A stretch of 32,000 nucleotides of DNA from the NCBI GenBank assembly GCA_902774305.1, contig CACYHY010000006.1, positions 5,649-37,648 on the forward strand, read 5' to 3'. Below are positions 1-7,300 of the stretch, piece after piece. The notes under the pieces are model-generated. The model saw only the letters and a program-made list of their open reading frames with translations, did no database searches and was not told the DNA's origin. Position 1 is the first letter of the stretch, and each line of letters starts with the position of its first letter. The stretch is from an uncultured Pseudomonadota bacterium. Its GTDB lineage: Bacteria > Pseudomonadota > Alphaproteobacteria > Rs-D84. The translations under genes and the position numbers were made by a program.

Positions 1-243
1 CGATATATCAAAAGTATCAACATATTTAGCCCCATATGCACTTAAACATAATGGGATATCCCCGCTGCCCATCACAGATAAAGCCGTTTTTCCCTGTGGT
101 CGCAGGCAATTCATTATTTCAGATACACTTTCATTAGATTTTAAATATGCGGGCGAATAGGCAACAAAATCCTCTTTACACCTAACCTCATCGGTATAAC
201 ATTTTTTAGCCATTTCTGAATCTAAATTATATTTTTGCCACAT
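1..243 (-). CDS. Partial CDS (first 81 codons; continues past the left edge): class-I SAM-dependent methyltransferase-like protein
   Basis: Edge-truncated, so absent from the ORF track. Manual reverse translation from ATG (243-241) reads MWQKYNLDSEMAKKCYTDEVRCKEDFVAYSPAYLKSNESVSEIMNCLRPQGKTALSVMGSGDIPLCLSAYGAKYVDTFDIS with no stop to nt 1. AAGGA lies 5 nt upstream. ALSVMGSGD...YVDTFDIS resembles methyltransferase motif I plus the acidic beta-2 end. The function call is weak. Confidence 0.45.
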   Translation of the reverse strand, partial: MWQKYNLDSEMAKKCYTDEVRCKEDFVAYSPAYLKSNESVSEIMNCLRPQGKTALSVMGSGDIPLCLSAYGAKYVDTFDIS

Positions 244-260
244 ATTAGTCCTTTTAAGAG

Positions 261-288
261 ATTATAGACAAATATATTATTATGTCAA
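261..288 (-). promoter_or_regulatory. Sigma70-type promoter of the partial methyltransferase-like gene
   Basis: Minus strand: TTGACA (288-283), 16 nt, TATAAT (266-261), then AAGGA and ATG at 243. Confidence 0.55.
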
Positions 289-300
289 TACTAAATAAAA

Positions 301-335
301 AAATAAAAAAAACAAGTGCCGGAATCCGGCACTTG
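301..335 (-). terminator. Rho-independent terminator after the 726-aa gene
   Basis: Perfect 10-bp stem caagtgccgg/ccggcacttg (313-322 / 326-335) with a 3-nt loop. On the minus strand it is followed by a T-rich run (complement of 301-312). Confidence 0.75.
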
Positions 336-354
336 CATATAAATTTTGATTATC

Positions 355-2535
355 TTAATGTTCTATGACATCAACTCCTGCATTTGGTGCCACAGGTGTC
401 ACTGGCCCCACAGGTTGTGGTATCACACCATTTCTTGGGCATGCACCGTAAGACACCGCCACAGAACGATTTTCTATACATACACTACCCGCCATTCTGC
501 AAGCGCTGCGTACAGGTACTGTTGTATTACGCCCTGGTCTTTGATAATTGATTACCACAGCGTTACAATCTGCTTGGGTTGTGTACATACCACATGTATC
601 AATCCAGTCTTGGCAAGATGTTACGCGGGCTGTTGGACTGATAGAATCAGCAACACGCAAATTCCATTTTACATAGTAATCTTTCAAAGATCCTATTGTA
701 TATGACTTACCAAATCCAACTACCTCTAAACCATCACCGACATGGCAAGAAATATTATTTCTTTCAACAAATGCGGTAATCGCTGTTGCAACACCACCAG
801 CACCCAAACCAATACCAGCACCAACCAATGTTGTCTTTACTCTATTTGATTCTTGACCCTGCAATATTGTCAAAGTATCAAATATACCAGCAACTTCTTT
901 GATTTGGTTTTTAATTGTTGTTTCATCAACACAGGTTGCCGAAGAACCGCTGCACAAACCATCACCTTCTTTGTTCAATGCCTGACCATTATTCAGCATA
1001 GTTGTATATTTGCATGGTTCTGTCAAACTGCCATATGTTGAACACATACTTTTGCAAACATTCAATGCTTCTACGCTCTCTGCAGACAATAAAACTGGCA
1101 GATTTTCAAATTCCATTTTGTATGTGCCGTCTTCATTTTGAGTCCAATTCAAAGAATTAACAGTTGCGCAATCATTCAATGGTCTAACACCCTTGTCACC
1201 CAAATCTATTTCACATTTTCTTGTTTGTGGTGTACACATTTCAACGGCTTTAACACGTTTCATATATTCTGCATACAAATCAAGCAATTCAGAACACTGA
1301 CTTGTAGAAATATTTGATCCATTTAATGGTTCAGACAAATATTTTGCAACTTTCTTTTCCAAACCATTATCTTTTATCTGTTTCCACAATTCATTACGCA
1401 TACTTTGATCGCCACATTTGAAATCACGAGCGCCATGACCTGACAAAGCACCAATACCAGCACCCAACAGTGTTCCACCGCCCATACCCAAAACAGCAAC
1501 AGTCTTGGTATTATTCATCAGCGAGAAATCAAACAAATCTTTATTGCAAGTAAATGTTGTTCCAGCATCTTGCCATACTTCGGCATCTTTATCATCGCCG
1601 ACAGCACCCAACAACCAGCTGTTACTAATCATTTTATCTTTATTGTACGCAGCAACGCGGATTTTACAAACACCTTCGGTTGCATCCCAACGAGCATAAT
1701 GGCCACGTTCACCATCAACACCGGTATTACCATTCGCAGTAGTATTCACTGTGGCACCTTGTGGGTTTGCTTTGGACAAACTGCCACTTTGTTGGTTGTT
1801 ATATGCACCAATCTTGTTTGCATATTCCGAAGTTACTTCGTCAGTCACACCAGAAACCGCGGCAAAAGATTTACCATAAGTATTTTTATCCAACAATTGG
1901 CAAACATTTTCAGCCTGATTTGGTGTCAAACCTGTTCTACGCAGAACAAAATCATAGTACGCAGGTTGAACAATTCTGGAATTGAAATCCAACCACACAT
2001 CTGTTGCGGCATCATAAACTTTGTGACAATCTACACGCACTTCGCGGATACATTTATCAATTTCCTTCGCGCAAATACCCATACCGCTCATAATAGAATT
2101 ACGCAAATCTTCGTTGTACATGTCATTCAGACCATGTGGTAAAACACCACTTTGGATACAACTGGAAATAGACTGAACACAGTTTTCCGCTGTAAATTCA
2201 GAATTTTCCACACCACCATCTGGACATACCAATGGTGTTGGATTTGGATCAGGGTTTGGTGTTGGTGGTGTTACACCACCGCCATTACCGCCACCATTAC
2301 CGCCGCCATTGTAACCATTATTATCCGTTGACACGCCAGAAACCGCGTGGGTCCCCACAGTATTGATTGACATAGTCGGCATAGTCGGCATACGTGCAGT
2401 AGTCGTAGCAGCACGACCGGCCGTTGCACCACCTGTCATAGAACGGCTCGCAGCATTCGCATCAAATGCGCTAACACACACAACTGCGGCAATTCCCGCA
2501 ATACAAGACCACAACAATTTAGACGTTTTTTGCAT
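355..2535 (-). CDS. Orphan secreted cysteine-rich protein, 726 aa (no family recognised)
   Basis: Long ORF with its own promoter, RBS (GGGAG 8 nt before ATG) and terminator. Sec signal peptide MQKTSKLLWSCIAGIAAVVCVSAFDANA|A. T/A/G/N/P-rich spacer including (NGGG)3. 26 Cys after the signal peptide. Two glycine-zipper-like hydrophobic segments (aa 346-368, 569-590). Confidence 0.85.
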   Translation of the reverse strand: MQKTSKLLWSCIAGIAAVVCVSAFDANAASRSMTGGATAGRAATTTARMPTMPTMSINTVGTHAVSGVSTDNNGYNGGGNGGGNGGGVTPPTPNPDPNPTPLVCPDGGVENSEFTAENCVQSISSCIQSGVLPHGLNDMYNEDLRNSIMSGMGICAKEIDKCIREVRVDCHKVYDAATDVWLDFNSRIVQPAYYDFVLRRTGLTPNQAENVCQLLDKNTYGKSFAAVSGVTDEVTSEYANKIGAYNNQQSGSLSKANPQGATVNTTANGNTGVDGERGHYARWDATEGVCKIRVAAYNKDKMISNSWLLGAVGDDKDAEVWQDAGTTFTCNKDLFDFSLMNNTKTVAVLGMGGGTLLGAGIGALSGHGARDFKCGDQSMRNELWKQIKDNGLEKKVAKYLSEPLNGSNISTSQCSELLDLYAEYMKRVKAVEMCTPQTRKCEIDLGDKGVRPLNDCATVNSLNWTQNEDGTYKMEFENLPVLLSAESVEALNVCKSMCSTYGSLTEPCKYTTMLNNGQALNKEGDGLCSGSSATCVDETTIKNQIKEVAGIFDTLTILQGQESNRVKTTLVGAGIGLGAGGVATAITAFVERNNISCHVGDGLEVVGFGKSYTIGSLKDYYVKWNLRVADSISPTARVTSCQDWIDTCGMYTTQADCNAVVINYQRPGRNTTVPVRSACRMAGSVCIENRSVAVSYGACPRNGVIPQPVGPVTPVAPNAGVDVIEH
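2275..2310 (-). repeat. In-frame 12-nt tandem repeat x3 encoding (NGGG)3
   Basis: Plus strand reads accaccgccatt / accgccaccatt / accgccgccatt. Translates as NGGGNGGGNGGG (aa 76-87 of the 726-aa protein). Confidence 0.9.
2371..2391 (-). repeat. In-frame 9-nt tandem repeat x2.3 encoding MPTMPTM
   Basis: catagtcgg catagtcgg cat on the plus strand; aa 49-55 of the 726-aa protein. Confidence 0.9.
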
Positions 2536-2559
2536 AAAACATTCTCCCTTTTTTTTATC

Positions 2560-2568
2560 ATTATATCA
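2560..2568 (-). promoter_or_regulatory. Extended -10 promoter (TGaTATAAT) of the 726-aa gene
   Basis: Minus strand TGATATAAT (2568-2560), about 17 nt upstream of GGGAG/ATG. There is no good -35, only an AT-rich upstream region. Confidence 0.4.
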
Positions 2569-2618
2569 TAAAAACAGTATAAAAAAAATATTTTTTGTAT
2601 ATTTTTTATCATTTTTAT

Positions 2619-2646
2619 TTGACAAAAAATATATATTGTCTATAAT
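2619..2646 (+). promoter_or_regulatory. Near-consensus sigma70 promoter, leaderless-type, for the 328-aa membrane protein
   Basis: TTGACA (2619-2624), 16 nt, TATAAT (2641-2646). The ATG at 2654 is only 7 nt after the -10, with no SD in between. Confidence 0.6.
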
Positions 2647-2653
2647 AATAAGC

Positions 2654-3640
2654 ATGTCAAAGGTCTTAGATTTTATTAAAAAATGTAAATTGCCAATTTT
2701 ATGGACAATTGGCTATGTATTTTCAGTATGGTTGATTATGCAGTTTTTATTCTACTTTGACATTTTCAACATTCAACATTGGACAAAGGTTTCACACGCG
2801 CATTTACATGGTTTAGGCGGATTAACTTTTTGCATTATTGTATTTGCCGCCGTCCCATTATATATCGCGACCACAACAATCGTTGCCAGAACACAAAAAT
2901 TATTAATCACAATACCTGTTCCAAATTTTATTAAAAACATACTAGAAAAAGTATTTTCTAAACCAGCACCAGTTAAAGAAGAAACAAAAGAAGAATCAAC
3001 CGAATCGGAACCAGAACATCCAACGAACGAAGAATTATCATCTGTACCGGCTGAAATGCGTGGTGCATTTATTCGTGCACGCACACGCGTTAACAAAATA
3101 CCTGCACCTATTTGTGGTGCATGCAGTGTGAATCCAAATGTATATCCTGGGTCAGACACCAAACCAGCTGAACCAACAAATGTACCTGATGATAATTTAC
3201 CCCTGCCCCCGGACTTTGATTTTGACGAAACCGAATCGGCGCCAACAACACCATCTGCGCCAGTATTCCAAGACATAAATTTATATGACGACTTTGACGA
3301 CATAGAAACATCCGCAGAAGACGACAACAATGTTGTATTAAAACACTTTGACGCAACGAATCGGAAATACAACGTTACAGACGATGAAATTATAGTAACA
3401 GATACATCAGCAATCGCGGTACATAACGACCCAGAATTTTGGATTATGGACGACCCAATGTGGTTTGCATCCGGTCAAACACGCGTTTCACCAATACAAT
3501 TGTTACTAGAAACGGCAGAAAAAAATAATATAACCCCAGTATTATTCTTGGGCGCAACAAACATAATGAACTTTGCAGAAAAATGTAAAGAATGGAAATC
3601 CAAAGGCATCAAAGTCGTAACCGATTTATCTGAATTATAA
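2654..3640 (+). CDS. Orphan inner-membrane protein, 328 aa: two N-terminal TM helices, acidic/Pro-rich linker, ~100-aa C-terminal domain
   Basis: ORF-track frame 2363-3640 trimmed to the first ATG downstream of the promoter (MSKVLDFIKKCKLPILW...). The upstream part of the frame overlaps gene 355-2535 and the promoter. Hydrophobic stretches at aa 15-35 and 53-77. D/E/P-rich aa 100-225. CGAC motif at aa 154-157. Confidence 0.7.
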   Translation: MSKVLDFIKKCKLPILWTIGYVFSVWLIMQFLFYFDIFNIQHWTKVSHAHLHGLGGLTFCIIVFAAVPLYIATTTIVARTQKLLITIPVPNFIKNILEKVFSKPAPVKEETKEESTESEPEHPTNEELSSVPAEMRGAFIRARTRVNKIPAPICGACSVNPNVYPGSDTKPAEPTNVPDDNLPLPPDFDFDETESAPTTPSAPVFQDINLYDDFDDIETSAEDDNNVVLKHFDATNRKYNVTDDEIIVTDTSAIAVHNDPEFWIMDDPMWFASGQTRVSPIQLLLETAEKNNITPVLFLGATNIMNFAEKCKEWKSKGIKVVTDLSEL

Positions 3641-3642
3641 TT

Positions 3643-3673
3643 AAAAAAAATCCCCCGATTGGGGGATTTTTTT
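3643..3673. terminator. Bidirectional Rho-independent terminator shared by convergent genes
   Basis: aaaaaaaa-tccccc-gatt-ggggga-ttttttt: GC stem 3651-3656/3661-3666 flanked by an A-run and a T-run. It lies between the stop at 3640 (+) and the stop at 3672-3674 (-). Confidence 0.8.
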
Positions 3674-6506
3674 AATACAACTTTATTGTCTTGGAGGTTT
3701 CTTTTTGTTCACCCCATTTTTCACAATAATTTTTCTTGACCTTGCTACAGTTCTGGGTAATTGTCGTTTTCGTACACTCACCCGATACAGAATTAAACAT
3801 AGTCGTTATATTCGCCTTGTAATTCCATTGATCAACCACTGCTGAACCAGCGACACTAGCAGATGTCGCAATTGTAGCAGCAGCAGCAGCAGCACCAACT
3901 GCCACCGCACCACCAGCAATAGCACCAGCTGTCGACATTGCCACAGGTATTGCTACTGCACCAGCCGCACCGAACGTGAACACAGTAGCAACAACAGCAA
4001 CCGCAGCAATCAAACCAACCGCAATCCATTTACCCGCCTGTGATACTTTTGGTGCTTCAGATACAGGCATTTTACTATTTTCTGCCCAGTCCGCACATGT
4101 TTTCTCTGCCGTCTTTGCCAAATTATCTTTATCAATCTTTTGTGCCGCCTTTACTTGATCCTCCATCATACGTTCAATTTCTTCATCGTATTTTTTCAGA
4201 TAATTTTCACGTGCATTTTTAATTGCCGATGCCGCAATAATTTGACGAATTTGCCCTGTCAAATTCGGGAATCTGGCCTTGCCCGCGCGTCCAATCATTT
4301 TATCGTTTAATCCTTGGACTTGACGTCCGGTCATACAGAATTGAACTTTGGGATCTGATTCAATCGCGTTAATCGCGTTATTGATTGCGCTTTCCAATTG
4401 TTTAATTTCGGTTCCAAAGACACGATCATGAATTATCTGTATTTCTTCTGTTGTCGGTTTATGACCCGCCGCCTTTAATTTTTCTATATATTGGTCTTGG
4501 TTGGTCAGTGCAAACTTGCCATCTGCACCTTCTTCATATGCTATATCACCCCAATATATTGTTCCAGATAATTTACCAGCCCAACCTTTGCCATCCGCTA
4601 ATTTCAAATCTTGTGTAGCGATACCATCTAAGGAATCACGACATATACCATTCCAATTAATATCTTGCGCTGTAATACTATCATACTGGCAAACCTCATA
4701 CTTGAACGAACGTTTACCCGCACCATCGTCAACAACCAAATTATCACAATTTTCTGTATCACCGCAAACCTTTACCATAGATTCATTCATCGCGTTTTGA
4801 CATTGAACCAAGAAAGAGTTATCCATGTTCAACATCAAACCTTCGATTATGTTTTCTATGTTTGCGTAAACTTCTTTTTGACTTAAAGTTTTACCAGCAG
4901 AATCCACATTACATGCAGTTAATTTTTCTGACGGACACATATTGATAATTGTATCTGTATCCAAACCGATACAATTTGCATAATCTTTGCCACAACGATT
5001 GTCATCAGTTAAACAACTTTTAACTTCGTTTGTACATGCGTCAACACGCATAGATGCCAAACGTGCGTAAACATAATCCAAAATCTTTGGTTCTGCCGCA
5101 ACGCATGGGTCAATTTGAACTTTACACAAACTGCGCATTGTATCTGGACGCGACAAACATAAATCGTATGAACCATCTGGGTCATTTGGATCTATGTTAT
5201 CTTTACATGCTTTTTGGAAACATTCAGAAATATTACCAATACAACTCATACGAACATTGGATTCTGCAATCAGTTCCGCAGATTTAATCTCTGGTGCCGC
5301 CTCTTTCAAAAACGCATCCCAAACTTTATCTTTGACCGCGACACAATTCTTTGTCACAGATTCACACATAGGCTTTTTTGCAGTCAATGTATCGTATGTC
5401 GCCGCCGCAATTTCAACAGTGGTCATACCTGTATCGATTTTATACGTCTTTACTACTTGCTTTTTTCTTGTTCCAACTTTGTTTTGTGCATTTTCTGTTG
5501 CAACAATAGATGCACATTTTGAAAAGTCGTCACCACACCCTGCTGTTTGTTGCATACATTCTTTGAAACGAATTGTACACTGACCTAAATCATATTTATT
5601 TTGATTTTGGTATTGTTCCAATGCGGCTTCACGCATTGCTTGTTGGGCTGTTTGTAATTTTTTAGCCGATGCATTTCTTTGTTGCTTCAAACTGTTTTCA
5701 TATGCGGTACAATCAGATTTAATCTGTTGCGTGTACATCATTTTCAACATAGAAAATTCTGGTGAACATTCTTGCATTTGACCAAAACACAGACTTGATA
5801 CAGCCGCATGCAATTCATCACCTTGTTTATCACTTAAATCATTTGTATTACCAAAGATATTAGAAACATCATCAGCAAAAGAAATATCTGTATTCCACGC
5901 ATCCAGATTCAACTTTCTGGCTTTCTTTTGGGTTTTATCTGTATCCTTGTTTTTGTTGGCCCCCGCAACTTTTTCAACCATAGCATTAACCGCATCAGCA
6001 CTTTCGCCCATATTTATGCGTTCAACGCCATCTGTTGCCATAGCATAACTTTGTTCATCTAACTTTTGAATTTCTTCCAATACTTTATCTAACTCTGCAT
6101 TACGATTGCTGCATAAACAACGACCACCATTTGCGTTATCTAACATACAAAAAGAATCCATACAACCATAATATTTTGTTTTGCACTCTTCACTGACAAT
6201 GGTATTTGTGGTTGCACCTGCTATCTTGGTTCCTGAATTTATCACTTTCTGGGTTGTTGCCGCACGCGCAGAAATTCCCCCAGATTTTCCTGACGCAGCC
6301 TTTGTTACCGTTCCACCAGCACTTGGTACTTTTCCACGTGTTACCGCTGCACGTGCCGATGTTGTTGGTGTTGGGGTTACATTATTCGTTGCACTTACTG
6401 TTGCCGGCGCACGTCCACGCGTAGCAGTTGCCGACACACGCGCAGAAAAGGCATCTCCAGCAAATAAAACAGAACATATTACACCCAGTGCAACAAATTT
6501 TTTCAT
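3672..6506 (-). CDS. Orphan secreted cysteine-rich protein, 944 aa (no family recognised)
   Basis: Signal peptide MKKFVALGVICSVLFAGDAFSA|R. T/A/R-rich spacer. 36 Cys after the signal peptide. Coiled-coil-like stretches. 64-aa Gly/Ala hydrophobic block (aa 827-890) followed by a 54-aa tail with 3 Cys. GGAG 7 nt before ATG. Confidence 0.85.
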   Translation of the reverse strand: MKKFVALGVICSVLFAGDAFSARVSATATRGRAPATVSATNNVTPTPTTSARAAVTRGKVPSAGGTVTKAASGKSGGISARAATTQKVINSGTKIAGATTNTIVSEECKTKYYGCMDSFCMLDNANGGRCLCSNRNAELDKVLEEIQKLDEQSYAMATDGVERINMGESADAVNAMVEKVAGANKNKDTDKTQKKARKLNLDAWNTDISFADDVSNIFGNTNDLSDKQGDELHAAVSSLCFGQMQECSPEFSMLKMMYTQQIKSDCTAYENSLKQQRNASAKKLQTAQQAMREAALEQYQNQNKYDLGQCTIRFKECMQQTAGCGDDFSKCASIVATENAQNKVGTRKKQVVKTYKIDTGMTTVEIAAATYDTLTAKKPMCESVTKNCVAVKDKVWDAFLKEAAPEIKSAELIAESNVRMSCIGNISECFQKACKDNIDPNDPDGSYDLCLSRPDTMRSLCKVQIDPCVAAEPKILDYVYARLASMRVDACTNEVKSCLTDDNRCGKDYANCIGLDTDTIINMCPSEKLTACNVDSAGKTLSQKEVYANIENIIEGLMLNMDNSFLVQCQNAMNESMVKVCGDTENCDNLVVDDGAGKRSFKYEVCQYDSITAQDINWNGICRDSLDGIATQDLKLADGKGWAGKLSGTIYWGDIAYEEGADGKFALTNQDQYIEKLKAAGHKPTTEEIQIIHDRVFGTEIKQLESAINNAINAIESDPKVQFCMTGRQVQGLNDKMIGRAGKARFPNLTGQIRQIIAASAIKNARENYLKKYDEEIERMMEDQVKAAQKIDKDNLAKTAEKTCADWAENSKMPVSEAPKVSQAGKWIAVGLIAAVAVVATVFTFGAAGAVAIPVAMSTAGAIAGGAVAVGAAAAAATIATSASVAGSAVVDQWNYKANITTMFNSVSGECTKTTITQNCSKVKKNYCEKWGEQKETSKTIKLY
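3876..3893 (-). repeat. (AGC)6 trinucleotide repeat encoding Ala6
   Basis: agcagcagcagcagcagc on the plus strand, i.e. (GCT)6 on the coding strand; aa 872-877 of the 944-aa protein. Confidence 0.9.
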
Positions 6507-6533
6507 AGAATAACTCCTACAATTATCTTATAT

Positions 6534-6562
6534 ATTTTACCATATTTTTACCTATTTACAAA
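6534..6562 (-). promoter_or_regulatory. Candidate extended -10 promoter of the 944-aa gene
   Basis: Minus strand TGgTAAAAT (6542-6534) with TTGTAA/TTTGTA 16-17 nt upstream (6556-6562), about 20 nt before GGAG. Confidence 0.4.
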
Positions 6563-6583
6563 ACGCTTTTTCTTGTTGTGCAT

Positions 6584-6613
6584 AAAAAAAAGACCCCACA
6601 AAATGCAGGGCCT
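6584..6613 (-). terminator. Rho-independent terminator after rplQ
   Basis: Minus strand AGGCCC..(10-11 nt loop)..GGGUCU (6 bp including one G-U) followed by U8 (complement of 6584-6591), about 20 nt after the rplQ stop. Confidence 0.5.
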
Positions 6614-6633
6614 TTTTAATTTGTAAATTTTTA

Positions 6634-7200
6634 TTATTTACCAGTTGCACGACGTTTAACTGCAACAGTCTTTTTTGCTGTTGTAGCTTTGGCTTTTGGT
6701 GCATCTTTTTCAGCCTTTGGGGCTTTCTTTTCAGCATCAGCCTTTACCGCTTTTGGTGCTTTTTCAGCAGTTTTTTCTTCTGCAACAGGGGTTTCTGCCT
6801 TGGCTGCTTCAGTTTTAACTGTTTTTTTAGCATTTACGTCCCTGTCCACCAATTCGATAATTGCCATTGGTGCTGCATCACCATAACGGAAACCCGCTTT
6901 TAATACGCGTGTATAACCGCCAGGACGTTTTGCATAACGTGGTCCCAACACAGTAAACAATTTTTTAACAGTTGCACTTGTGCCATTGCCTAATTCAGAT
7001 GCAACCAAACGGCGATTTGCAACAGTGTCAACTTTTGCACGTGTAATCAATTTTTCAACGACACTACGCAAATCTTTTGCTTTTGGCAATGTTGTTTTAA
7101 TTTGTTCACGTTCAATTAAATTTTTCGCCAAGCCAATCATCAAAGCTTTGCGAGCATTTGTATCGCGATTAAAAGTGCGACCTGCTTTCATATGTCTCAT
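6634..7200 (-). CDS. rplQ: 50S ribosomal protein L17 with a ~68-aa Lys/Ala/Glu/Pro-rich C-terminal tail
   Basis: [20 protein letters not shown]...[10 protein letters not shown]...GGYTRVLK...IELVDR is the L17 pattern. It follows rpoA. Confidence 0.95.
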   Translation of the reverse strand: MRHMKAGRTFNRDTNARKALMIGLAKNLIEREQIKTTLPKAKDLRSVVEKLITRAKVDTVANRRLVASELGNGTSATVKKLFTVLGPRYAKRPGGYTRVLKAGFRYGDAAPMAIIELVDRDVNAKKTVKTEAAKAETPVAEEKTAEKAPKAVKADAEKKAPKAEKDAPKAKATTAKKTVAVKRRATGK

Positions 7201-7250
7201 TGATTACTCCTTTTGTTTCTGCCCCAGCAAGCCAGGGATTTATCGAGACA

Positions 7251-7282
7251 TCGTGCCCTGAGAATAATTCCCAGTAGCACGA
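7251..7282 (-). promoter_or_regulatory. Bipartite RNA hairpin in the 100-nt rpoA-rplQ spacer
   Basis: Minus-strand UCGUGC/GCACGA (6 bp) enclosing CUGGGA/UCUCAG (6 bp). One of the inner pairs is a G-U that pairs only in the minus-strand RNA. Confidence 0.4.
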
Positions 7283-7300
7283 TTTTTTTACTTTTCCTTA

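Noticed and set aside
2363-2653. The upstream 97 codons of ORF 2363-3640.
   Set aside because: They overlap the 5' end of gene 355-2535 and the AT-rich promoter region. The consensus promoter lies inside this stretch, directly before the ATG at 2654.
3330-3640. The C-terminal domain of the 328-aa membrane protein looked loosely NERD/nuclease-like (...IIVTDTSAIAVHNDPEFW...W...SP...).
   Set aside because: The resemblance is only a spacing pattern, and the acidic/Lys catalytic motif is not present. It cannot be supported without a profile or structure comparison.
355-6506. The Cys-rich proteins as TraN-like conjugation proteins or as autotransporters.
   Set aside because: No other tra/T4SS genes are nearby and no relaxase is present. 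I see no recognisable passenger/beta-barrel organisation, and the similarity to TraN is limited to being Cys-rich. I cannot run the profile search that would settle this.
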